64,000 bases of DNA from Cytophagales bacterium (GTDB lineage: Bacteria; Bacteroidota; Bacteroidia; Cytophagales; UBA9547): assembly GCA_013297755.1 (NCBI GenBank), contig JAAFIH010000017.1:26264-90263 (forward strand), written 5' to 3'. Under the pieces are notes generated by a model. That model did no database searches. It saw only the letters and a list, made by a program, of their open reading frames with translations, and was not told where the DNA came from. Both the position numbers and the translations under genes were made by a program. This document shows, one piece after another, positions 50,663 through 58,697 of the stretch. Within the stretch, counting starts at the first letter, position 1. The number at the start of each line of letters is the position of its first letter.

Positions 50663-50874
50663 TAATTACAACAAACTACAAACAACGAACAATCGATTCC
50701 CAACTCCCAACCACTAACTCCCAACTATGAACTAAATTCTACGAACTACCAACTACGAACTACGAACTAAATTCTACGAACTCCTAACTACAAACAACGA
50801 ACTAAATTCTACGAACTCCCAACTCCTAACAACGAACTCCCAACTCCCAACTACGAACTCCCAACTACCAACTG
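50663..50874. repeat. heptamer array, C-rich orientation (right arm)
   Basis: It contains AACTAAATTCTACGAAC x3, the exact complement of the left-arm unit, plus CTCCCAA/CTACGAA units. It runs into the last codons of the FAH-family gene. Confidence 0.85.
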
Positions 50875-51807
50875 TCTTTGCTCTCCCAACCCATCTATTC
50901 CCAACTCTACTATATCACCTGCTTTTAGGTATTGTGGTGGATTGAATCCTAATCCTACTCCTGCTGGAGTTCCAGTAGAAATTACATCTCCAGGCAATAA
51001 AGTCATAAATTGACTGATGTAGCTTACCACAAATGGCACATTGAAAATAAAATCATTGGTATTGCTATCTTGCTTCATTTCTCCATTTACTTTGAGCCAA
51101 AGTCTAAGATTGTGCACATCTTTTACTTCATCTTTGGTGGCTAAAAATGGACCAAGAGGAGCAAAAGTATCGCAGCCCTTTCCTTTATCCCACTGTCCGC
51201 CACGCTCAAGCTGAAAAGCTCTTTCACTATAATCATTATGCACACAATAGCCGGCAACATAGTTTAATGCCTCATTTTCAGACACATAAGTGGCTTTTTT
51301 GCCAATTACAATAGCAAGTTCTACTTCCCAATCGGTTTTTTCAGAGGTTTTTGGAATTATAATATTTCCGTTGGGGTCGTTCAAGGCAGTGGTAGATTTA
51401 AAGAACAAAATAGGCTCTTTAGGAATAGGCGAATTGGTTTCGTGGGCATGAAGTCTATAATTCAATCCTACACAAACTATTTTAGATGGACGAGCTACGC
51501 AAGAAGCCAGTTTGGGAGTTGGGGCTTGGGAGTTCGTAGTTGGGAGTTCGTAGTTCGTAGTTGGGAGTTGGTAGTTCGTAGTTGGGAGTTGGGAGTTCGT
51601 AGTTGGGGCTTGGGAGTTCGTAGTTGGGAGTTCGTAGTTCGTAGTTGGGAGTTTGTCCAATTCTAAGGTTTTTAGTTTTTCAAGCCCACCATATGCAAAG
51701 AAATCTTCATTAAAATCTGAAAAGATGCTGCTTACATCATAGATTTTATCATTGGCTAATAAGCCTGGTTTTACTTGATTGTTTTGGTAAAATCGTACTA
51801 GTTTCAT
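50851..51807 (-). CDS. fumarylacetoacetate hydrolase (FAH) family protein; candidate 2,4-diketo-3-deoxy-L-fuconate hydrolase, with an in-frame heptamer insertion
   Basis: PSKIVCVGLNYRLHAHE, WEVELAIVIGK, QWDKGKGCDTFAPLGP and TLLPGDVISTGTPAGVG. A 46-aa LPTTNYE/LPTTNSQ tract lies between the N-terminal lobe and the catalytic domain. Confidence 0.8.
   Translation of the reverse strand: MKLVRFYQNNQVKPGLLANDKIYDVSSIFSDFNEDFFAYGGLEKLKTLELDKLPTTNYELPTTNSQAPTTNSQLPTTNYQLPTTNYELPTTNSQAPTPKLASCVARPSKIVCVGLNYRLHAHETNSPIPKEPILFFKSTTALNDPNGNIIIPKTSEKTDWEVELAIVIGKKATYVSENEALNYVAGYCVHNDYSERAFQLERGGQWDKGKGCDTFAPLGPFLATKDEVKDVHNLRLWLKVNGEMKQDSNTNDFIFNVPFVVSYISQFMTLLPGDVISTGTPAGVGLGFNPPQYLKAGDIVELGIDGLGEQRQLVVGSS
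51514..51651. repeat. heptamer array inside the FAH CDS (single orientation, 138 nt)
   Basis: TTGGGAG/TTCGTAG/TTGGGGC units on the plus strand. The coding strand reads the stop-free CTCCCAA/CTACGAA version as (LPTTN[YS][EQ])n. Confidence 0.85.
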
Positions 51808-51818
51808 AATTTTATATT

Positions 51819-51912
51819 AGCCCCCCAACCCCCGAAGGGGGAGTTTAAATAGATTTAAGCACTGGGGATTAAGTGCTTCCCCGAAGTATTCCCCCTTCGG
51901 GGGGTGGGGGCT
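51819..51912. repeat. GC-rich palindromic element (CCCCCGAAGGGGG family) filling an intergenic gap
   Basis: AGCCCCCCAACCCCCGAAGGGGGA ... TCCCCCTTCGGGGGGTGGGGGCT terminal inverted repeats, with inner hairpin AAGCACT-ggggatt-AAGTGCTT. It ends exactly at the SDR stop codon (51913). Confidence 0.8.
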
Positions 51913-52668
51913 TTACATCTTCAACCCCACAAACCCTCCATCAATAGCGTAATCTGATCCTGTGATAAAAGAAGCATCGTCTGAGCATAAATAATATGCC
52001 AATTTGGCTATTTCTTCGGGTGTACCCATTCTGCCTATGGGTTGCGATTTACTCAATTTTTCAAACATTTCGGCTTCTTTGCCAGGATAATTTTTGGCAA
52101 TAAATCCATCTACAAACGGTGTATGTACTCTGCCTGGCGAAATGCAATTGCAGCGAATGCCATGTTCGACATAATCACGTGCAACAGAAAGTGTGATGCC
52201 CACCACAGCTCCTTTGCTCATGCTGTATGCAAAGCGGTCGGGAATACCAATGCTCGAAGCCACAGATGCCATATTTAAAATCACTCCTGATTTTTGGGCT
52301 TTCATTTTTGGAATTACTGCCGAAAGACAATTATAAACTCCTTTTACATTTACATTATAAATTTTATCAAAATCGGTTTCAGAGCAGTTTTCTAGATTTC
52401 CAACATGAGCTATGCCTGCATTATTAACCAAAATATCAATATGTGATAATGTGTTAAGGTGCTCATGTGTTAAAGTATGATTTGAAATATCTAATTTGTG
52501 AAAATGTGCTTTTCCGCCTTGATTTTCTATGATTGATTTGGTTTCAGTTCCACCTTTATCATCCATATCTAAAATTACTACTTCTGCTCCTTTTTGAGCA
52601 AAAAGTATGGAAATTGCTTTTCCTATTCCTGAGCCTCCGCCTGTGATGATGGCTGTTTTGTTTTGCAT
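51913..52668 (-). CDS. SDR family oxidoreductase; candidate 2-keto-3-deoxy-L-fuconate dehydrogenase by context
   Basis: TGGGSGIGKA, NNAG and YSMSKGA motifs, 251 aa. Confidence 0.75.
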   Translation of the reverse strand: MQNKTAIITGGGSGIGKAISILFAQKGAEVVILDMDDKGGTETKSIIENQGGKAHFHKLDISNHTLTHEHLNTLSHIDILVNNAGIAHVGNLENCSETDFDKIYNVNVKGVYNCLSAVIPKMKAQKSGVILNMASVASSIGIPDRFAYSMSKGAVVGITLSVARDYVEHGIRCNCISPGRVHTPFVDGFIAKNYPGKEAEMFEKLSKSQPIGRMGTPEEIAKLAYYLCSDDASFITGSDYAIDGGFVGLKM

Positions 52669-52686
52669 AATTTATAAATATATTTC

Positions 52687-54129
52687 TTACTTAAAATACC
52701 CTTCCAATTTTATTGTAGTTGCATATTCATTTTCATATTTTGTTGGCAAGTCAAGTGCAATTCCTTCATAGGTTTGCGACCATTTAAGAGGAATATTTTT
52801 TTGACTCAAAACACTAACTTTACAAGTATTGTTAGCTTTTAAACCTTTGATTATCAGTTTTGAAACCGAAATTGGGTCTAGCAAAACAGCATACAAATCA
52901 TTGCCCTTACGTGTAAATCTTATGCGAGCTTGCGTGTTGCTCTCTCCTTCTGCTTGTGTGTGTGAGGATGTTCCAAAAATAGCTTCTCCGTTTATACTTA
53001 GCCATTTTCCAAGTTTTTGTAATCTTGAAGCCTGTAAATCAGGGATATTTCCTTCGGCATCTGGACCAACATTTAAGAGCAAATTTCCATTTTTGCTCAC
53101 TATGTCCACAAACATATCTATTAATTTATCAGCCGAAATGTGATGCACATCTGTTTCTATGGCATTGTATCCAAACGAGTTTCCTAAGCCTCTGCAAGTT
53201 TCCCATTTATAGTCGGTTTTGTCTTTTAAAACTTGATATTCAGGGGTTGTGAAGCCATATATTTTTTTATTTTTAGCATTCCAGCGGTCGTTTATAATGC
53301 CTTCGGGAACTTTATAATAATAATATGCCAACATACCTACAAAATCGCCTTTGTCTGGAAAATTTATATCGTTCCACAAAATATCTGGTTTGAATTTATC
53401 AATCAACTCATTGAAATGTGCAGTTGCATAATTTCCATACGCATAAGTTTGGGGTATAGACATAAATAAATTGGGCCAAATATCATTGATAGGAACTTTA
53501 TAAAAAGTCCAATCTAATCCACCAGAATAATACACTCCAAAGCGAATATTTTTTTTGCGAACGGCTGCTGATAATTCTCCCACAATATTTCTTTCGGCTG
53601 ATAAAGCATGCTTAGTAGGCGAATAATTTGGATATGGAACTGCAGAATTCCACAACAAAAATCCATCGTGATGTTTGGTGGTGATGACCACATATTTAGC
53701 TCCCACTTGCTCAAACAAACTTGCCCAAGTATCAGGATTCCATTTTTTAGACTTTTCATTAAAAAGTGGAATAAAATCATAGTAATTGAAATTAGCACCA
53801 TATTTTTCAATATGATACTTCTGAGTAGGAGATTGATTAAACTGCATGGTGTTCAAATACCATTCTGCATAAGGATTTTTTTTATAAAATTCTTCCCAGT
53901 TATTAACATTTCCAGGGTCGAGCTCTGGAGGTGCATAAGCAGGAACAGAATACAATCCCCAATGTATAAATATGCCCAATTTAGCATCATTAAACCATGT
54001 AGGTTGTTGTCTTTTTGCTAAAGAATCTTCATTTGGCAAATATATTTTTGAAGATTGAACTTGTGCATAAACATCCAATTTAATTAAAAAATATAAAAAA
54101 AATAAACTTACTAATTTAACTTTTGTCAT
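52687..54129 (-). CDS. alpha-L-fucosidase (GH29), secreted
   Basis: WFNDAKLGIFIHWGLYSVPA, YVVITTKHHDGFLLW and GNLLLNVGPDAEG motifs, with a signal peptide. Confidence 0.85.
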   Translation of the reverse strand: MTKVKLVSLFFLYFLIKLDVYAQVQSSKIYLPNEDSLAKRQQPTWFNDAKLGIFIHWGLYSVPAYAPPELDPGNVNNWEEFYKKNPYAEWYLNTMQFNQSPTQKYHIEKYGANFNYYDFIPLFNEKSKKWNPDTWASLFEQVGAKYVVITTKHHDGFLLWNSAVPYPNYSPTKHALSAERNIVGELSAAVRKKNIRFGVYYSGGLDWTFYKVPINDIWPNLFMSIPQTYAYGNYATAHFNELIDKFKPDILWNDINFPDKGDFVGMLAYYYYKVPEGIINDRWNAKNKKIYGFTTPEYQVLKDKTDYKWETCRGLGNSFGYNAIETDVHHISADKLIDMFVDIVSKNGNLLLNVGPDAEGNIPDLQASRLQKLGKWLSINGEAIFGTSSHTQAEGESNTQARIRFTRKGNDLYAVLLDPISVSKLIIKGLKANNTCKVSVLSQKNIPLKWSQTYEGIALDLPTKYENEYATTIKLEGYFK

Positions 54130-54133
54130 TTTA

Positions 54134-54463
54134 CTATAATTGAAATATTTTATCCATTAACATCCATTTTTCTCCATTTTTTGCTAATGGTAAAGGTTGT
54201 TGAAATTTCCACATCAACTCTTCCCATTCTTTTTGGCGAGGCAACTCTGCTAGTTTTTTCATTTGAACCTCAAAATCAAAATCATCGGGAGTTTCCATAA
54301 TCATAAACATTCGATTTTCAATCCTGTAAATCTGCATATCCAAAATACCCACTTCCCGTATGCCATCCAAAATTTCAGACCATACGTTTTGATGATATTC
54401 TTCGTATTTTTTAATCAAAGTTGCATCATTCTTTAAATCTAAAGCAAGGCAAAATCGTTTCAT
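54134..54463 (-). CDS. L-rhamnose mutarotase family protein (probable L-fucose mutarotase here)
   Basis: MKRFCLALDLKND...YEEYHQNVWSEI...GILDMQIY, 109 aa, RhaM fold signature. Confidence 0.8.
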   Translation of the reverse strand: MKRFCLALDLKNDATLIKKYEEYHQNVWSEILDGIREVGILDMQIYRIENRMFMIMETPDDFDFEVQMKKLAELPRQKEWEELMWKFQQPLPLAKNGEKWMLMDKIFQL

Positions 54464-54467
54464 AATA

Positions 54468-54630
54468 GTTTTTTAGTTTTTAGTTGGGAGTTCGTAGTTG
54501 GGAGTTGGGAGTTGGGAGTTCGTAGTTGGGAGTTCGTGGTTGGGAGTTCGTAGTTGGGAGTTCGTAGTTGGGAGTTAGTAGTTAGTAGTTGGGAGTTCGT
54601 GGTTTTTAGTTCGTGGTTTTTAGTTTGAAG
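54468..54630. repeat. heptamer array TTGGGAG/TTCGTAG (G-rich on plus strand)
   Basis: Read directly. It fills the gap between the ABM-domain gene and the mutarotase gene; the sense (minus) strand reads CTCCCAACTACGAA up to the mutarotase ATG. Confidence 0.9.
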
Positions 54631-54651
54631 TTCCATTTCATAAACACTATG

Positions 54652-54966
54652 TTAGCTATTGTTTTTATTTTCCGATTCAAATATCGTTTCGTAATGTTCA
54701 ACTGTCGGAAACGGGTCGTAATAATGATGCAAAATCTTTTTCCATTCCAAATATTCTGCTGATAGTCTAAATCCAATTGTATGGTCTTCCAAATTTTCCC
54801 AGTCCACAAGCAAAATGTATTTATTTTTCTGTTCCAAACATTTTCGCAATGAGTGTCTCAAATACCCTTTAATAGAACTAATATATTGTCCTGCTATCAA
54901 AAAATCTTTTTCAAAGTTATCTTCTTGTCCACTTTTTACATTCAATATAGCAACTTCTAAAATCAT
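54652..54966 (-). CDS. antibiotic-biosynthesis-monooxygenase (ABM) domain protein
   Basis: 104-aa ferredoxin-like fold pattern (ILEVAILNVKSG...FE..F ... LLVDWENLEDHT.GFR). Confidence 0.65.
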   Translation of the reverse strand: MILEVAILNVKSGQEDNFEKDFLIAGQYISSIKGYLRHSLRKCLEQKNKYILLVDWENLEDHTIGFRLSAEYLEWKKILHHYYDPFPTVEHYETIFESENKNNS

Positions 54967-55155
54967 ATTTCTTCAACTTTTGATTGTCTTTTTGTTCTAT
55001 TGAAGTAAATCAACCCTACTTTTTTTGAAGTTTTATTTACATTTTGTAAAATAAAAGCTAACATTGTTTTTAGTTTTTAGTTAGTTTGTAGTTAGAGACA
55101 TTAAGTTTATTTTTAAAGTTATAATTATATGTATACTTATTTTAATTTTAAATCA

Positions 55156-55307
55156 ACAACCTACTCCCAACACCCAACTACGAACACCCAACTACAAACT
55201 ACGAACTACGAACTCCCAACTACAAACTACGAACTCCAAACCACGAACTCCCAACTACAAACCACGAACACCCAACTACAAACTACGAACTACGAACTAC
55301 TAACTCC
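55156..55307. repeat. heptamer array CTCCCAA/CTACGAA/CACCCAA (C-rich on plus strand)
   Basis: Read directly. It abuts the stop codon of the second fucosidase (55308). A short opposite-orientation array (55066-55096) lies about 60 nt away. Confidence 0.9.
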
Positions 55308-56672
55308 CTACTTCAATTCTATCTCAAAAACCGTATTTATTTTATCGGGCATTGGAAAAGTTTGATAACAAGGTCTATCAACATTTATGTAAACATTTTT
55401 GCCTGTATTATCTCCCCACCAAGTGGTTTCGTACCTGATTTCTGAGCCATCTTGTAAAAGATTCACTCGTTTTACTTTATCTGAATAATCTTTTAAAACA
55501 ATTCCTCCAATGGCAGGATACATTCTGTGAGCGAATAGAGATTTCCCATTAGAAGTAAATATTCCCCAATCATAACGAGGCATAGTACTAGCACCACAGC
55601 CAAATATGCTTTTTCCATTTTTTTGCATCCAATTTCCAACTTCTGCTAAAATATCAGTTGATTGTTTCGGGATTCTACCCAAAGCATCTGGACCAACATT
55701 GAGTAATAAATTACCATTTTTGCTCACACAGTTTACAAGTGTATGAATCACCAAAGGAGCTGATTTCCAATTGTTATCATATCTATTATAGCCCCAAGAG
55801 TTGTTTAAGGTTAAACAAGATTCCCAAGGGAGTGGTCTTCCTAGTTTGTCAGTGATGGCTTTTTCTGGAATAGTTTGTTCTGGTGTGTCAAAATCCCCAA
55901 ATGAATTTTCTTCCATGCCTGTGGTGCCGTCTCCACCCAATCTATTATTTAAAATAATGCTTGGTTGGAGTGTACGCACCATTTCTACTAATTCTTTAGC
56001 TTTCCATTTTTCGCCTTTCATTTCATCATAGCTAAAATCAAACCACATGATGTCTATTTTGCCATAGTTGGTACAAAGTTCTTTTACCTGACCGTGCATA
56101 AATTTGATGTAATTGTCCCAATTGATTTTTTCATCTTTATACTTTTCATTTCCACGCATTGGATGATGGGTATCTTTAAATTTGGGGTAATCAGGATGAT
56201 GCCAATCAATTACTGAAAAGTATAAGCCTACTTTTAAACCCTCTGCACGTAAGGCTTCCACGTATTCTTTGATAATATCACGTTTAAAAGGTGTATTGGT
56301 AATTTTATAATCTGTTTGTTTGGTATCCCAAAGAGCAAAACCTTCGTGGTGTTTGGCTGTGAGTACTACATATTTCATGCCTGCTTGTTTGGCAGTGCGA
56401 GCCCATTCTTTGGCATCAAATAAGTAAGGATTAAAGTTTTTAAAATACGCTTCGTCATAGACTTCGTTAGTTATTTTTTCAACACTTTTGACCCATTCGC
56501 CTCTTGAAGGTATGGAATATAAACCAAAATGGACAAACATACCAAAACGTGCATCACGATGCCATTCTGTGCGTTTGATTTTTGATTCATAACTATTGTC
56601 GTTGGCAGCTGGATTTTGTGCAAAACAAAATATTTGAAAAATCAATAATAATGCTGTATATACCTTTTTCAT
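55308..56672 (-). CDS. alpha-L-fucosidase (GH29), secreted
   Basis: WHRDARFGMFVHFGLYSIPS, YVVLTAKHHEGFALW and GNLLLNVGPDALG motifs, with a signal peptide. Confidence 0.85.
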   Translation of the reverse strand: MKKVYTALLLIFQIFCFAQNPAANDNSYESKIKRTEWHRDARFGMFVHFGLYSIPSRGEWVKSVEKITNEVYDEAYFKNFNPYLFDAKEWARTAKQAGMKYVVLTAKHHEGFALWDTKQTDYKITNTPFKRDIIKEYVEALRAEGLKVGLYFSVIDWHHPDYPKFKDTHHPMRGNEKYKDEKINWDNYIKFMHGQVKELCTNYGKIDIMWFDFSYDEMKGEKWKAKELVEMVRTLQPSIILNNRLGGDGTTGMEENSFGDFDTPEQTIPEKAITDKLGRPLPWESCLTLNNSWGYNRYDNNWKSAPLVIHTLVNCVSKNGNLLLNVGPDALGRIPKQSTDILAEVGNWMQKNGKSIFGCGASTMPRYDWGIFTSNGKSLFAHRMYPAIGGIVLKDYSDKVKRVNLLQDGSEIRYETTWWGDNTGKNVYINVDRPCYQTFPMPDKINTVFEIELK

Positions 56673-56770
56673 TTAATTTTTTTTTCAAAAGTAGTCGAAT
56701 CAAATCTTGGAAACAAACAATTATTTATAAAAAAAATGAAAAAAAAGATAAAAAATATCGTGCAAACGTA

Positions 56771-56784
56771 TGCAATCGTTTGCA
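56771..56784. promoter_or_regulatory. LacI/GalR-type operator candidate
   Basis: TGCAATCGTTTGCA fits the TGnAAnCGnTTnCA consensus (12/14 palindromic). A second overlapping box TGCAAACGTATGCA is at 56761-56774. Both lie between the divergent fucosidase and lacI-family genes. Confidence 0.5.
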
Positions 56785-56818
56785 CAAAAATCATTAGTTT
56801 TGTTTTTTTTTGAATAAA

Positions 56819-57823
56819 ATGACAACAACTTTAAAAGATATTGCCAAACAACTAAAAACCTCTGTTTCTACGGTTTCGAGAGCACTTCAAAATCATCCAA
56901 GAATTAGTGCCGAAAAAACAAAAAAAATTCAAGATTTAGCCAGAGAATTGGATTATCAACCCAACAGTTTTGCTATCAATTTGAAAAAGAAAACGAGTAA
57001 AACACTTGGTGTGATAGTGCCAGAACTGTCGCTGCATTTTTTTTCAGAGATTTTATCAGGAATGGATGAAACTGCACATCGAAATGGGTATCAATTACTT
57101 ATTTGCCAATCAGGCGAAAAGGTTGAAAGAGAAAAAGAACAAATCCAAAATCTTTATAAAGCAAATGTAGATGGAATTTTGGTAGCTGTTTCAAAAGAAA
57201 CTTCAAATTTTGGAAATTTCGATTTATTACGAAAAAAAGGTTTTCCAGTTGTCTTATTCTCAAGAACCCACCCCAATTTTCCAAGTGTACATTCAGATGA
57301 TATTAATGGAGGCTTTTTGGCTACCAAACATTTGATTCAGCAAGGTTGCAAAACCATAGCTCATATCGCTGGTCCATGGCATTTGTATGCCACTAAAGAT
57401 AGACAAAACGGTTATTTAAAAGCATTAGAAACATATCATTTACCTATAAATCAATCTTTAATAATCCATTCAGATTTGGAAAAAGAAAGCAATATAGAGG
57501 CTGTGCATCAATTATTAAATAGAGAACAGAATTTTGATGCCATTTTTTGTTTCAACGATTATGTTGCTTATGATATAATACAAGTATTAAAAGAAAAACA
57601 AATAATTACAGGAAAAGATGTTTTGATAGTTGGCTTTGGAAATCAACCTATTTCGACCCAAATGGAGCCAAAACTAACAAGCGTAGACCAACAACCCTAC
57701 CAAATTGGAATAAAATCTATAGAAATGATTTTGAACAGTATTAACTCAAAAATCGAAACATCTATAAAACAAACTGAAATATTAGAAACTATGTTAATAG
57801 TAAGAAACAGTACTTATCATTAA
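56819..57823 (+). CDS. LacI family transcriptional regulator
   Basis: N-terminal HTH TLKDIAKQLKTSVSTVSRALQN plus a periplasmic-binding-like sensor domain. The ATG at 56819 is preferred over the TTG at 56810. Confidence 0.85.
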   Translation: MTTTLKDIAKQLKTSVSTVSRALQNHPRISAEKTKKIQDLARELDYQPNSFAINLKKKTSKTLGVIVPELSLHFFSEILSGMDETAHRNGYQLLICQSGEKVEREKEQIQNLYKANVDGILVAVSKETSNFGNFDLLRKKGFPVVLFSRTHPNFPSVHSDDINGGFLATKHLIQQGCKTIAHIAGPWHLYATKDRQNGYLKALETYHLPINQSLIIHSDLEKESNIEAVHQLLNREQNFDAIFCFNDYVAYDIIQVLKEKQIITGKDVLIVGFGNQPISTQMEPKLTSVDQQPYQIGIKSIEMILNSINSKIETSIKQTEILETMLIVRNSTYH

Positions 57824-57940
57824 AAAAATATTTAAAATATTTTATAAAAAATTACTTTTTTTGAAGTCGCAGCCTTGTTTTCTATTTTGGCTTTTTTTTA
57901 GTGATGGCATCCAGAAAAAAAGGATGCCATCGTTTCTTCC

Positions 57941-58170
57941 AGAAGTTCCACTTTTTTGAAAAGTGGAACTTCTACATTTACAAAGATACCATCGCTCCAA
58001 ACAAAGGTATCTTTATCATAAAATTTATGCGTAAGCAAAAGCCCCCTTCGGGGTTCTGTGCATCGAACAGAAGTACTTTCAGGGGGCTTTCTATCAAAAG
58101 CCCCTTTCGGGATTCTGTCCATCGAACAGAAGTACTTTCATGGGGCTTTCCCTGAAGTACCACTTTTTAA
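57941..58170. repeat. mosaic of nested hairpin modules (composite repeat, copy 1)
   Basis: Modules in order: AGAAGTTCCAC-ttttttgaaaa-GTGGAACTTCT; AAGATACC...GGTATCTT; two copies of AAAGCCCCCT..TTCTGT-gcatcga-ACAGAA..AGGGGGCTTT; a degenerate GAAGTACCAC hairpin. The same module order recurs at 63262-63500. Confidence 0.8.
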
Positions 58171-58276
58171 AAAAGTGTAACTTTTAAACCCTGTTACAGC
58201 TCAAAATAGTAAAAAATTCACAAAAAGTTTTTTTAGCTAATGTAAATAATTAATTTTGTATAACAAATTCAAAAAA

Positions 58277-58660
58277 ATGGCACAAAGTATCACACTTGAA
58301 ACTTATATATCTTTAGAAAAAGAATTTGGAAAAGCTATTGCAGAAAAAGTAACTACTTTATTGGATTTTTCATTTGCCCAAGCAGAAAAAAAAGTAGAAG
58401 AAGTTGCTACTCAAAAGAAGTTAGAAATCAAAGATGAACTAAGCAAAGAATTGGCTTCAAAAGCTGATATTGCTATTATTAAAGCCGAAATATCAGTTGT
58501 AAGGCAAGAAATTGAAGTTGTAAGGTCTGAAATAGCAATTCTAGAATCTAAACTAGAAAAGAAAATAACTATATACTTTTTAATTCTACTTGCTACTATG
58601 ATTATCCTCAACAAAGATTCGCTTACCTTAATTGCCCAACTATTGGGACTCGTAAAATAA
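58277..58660 (+). CDS. coiled-coil protein with a C-terminal TM anchor (DUF1640-like)
   Basis: Heptad-rich KADIAIIKAEISVVRQEIEVVRSEIAILESKLEKK followed by the hydrophobic segment ITIYFLILLATMIIL. The ATG at 58277 is preferred. Confidence 0.45.
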   Translation: MAQSITLETYISLEKEFGKAIAEKVTTLLDFSFAQAEKKVEEVATQKKLEIKDELSKELASKADIAIIKAEISVVRQEIEVVRSEIAILESKLEKKITIYFLILLATMIILNKDSLTLIAQLLGLVK

Positions 58661-58697
58661 TTTAAAACCATCAATCAAACATTTTAAACATCAACTT

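Noticed and set aside
57898-58163. Small ORFs over the hairpin mosaics (57898-58122, 57901-58155, 57978-58163, 58691-58882, 63116-63403, 63268-63468)
   Set aside because: They overlap each other on both strands and consist of palindromic repeat modules, so coding is not plausible.
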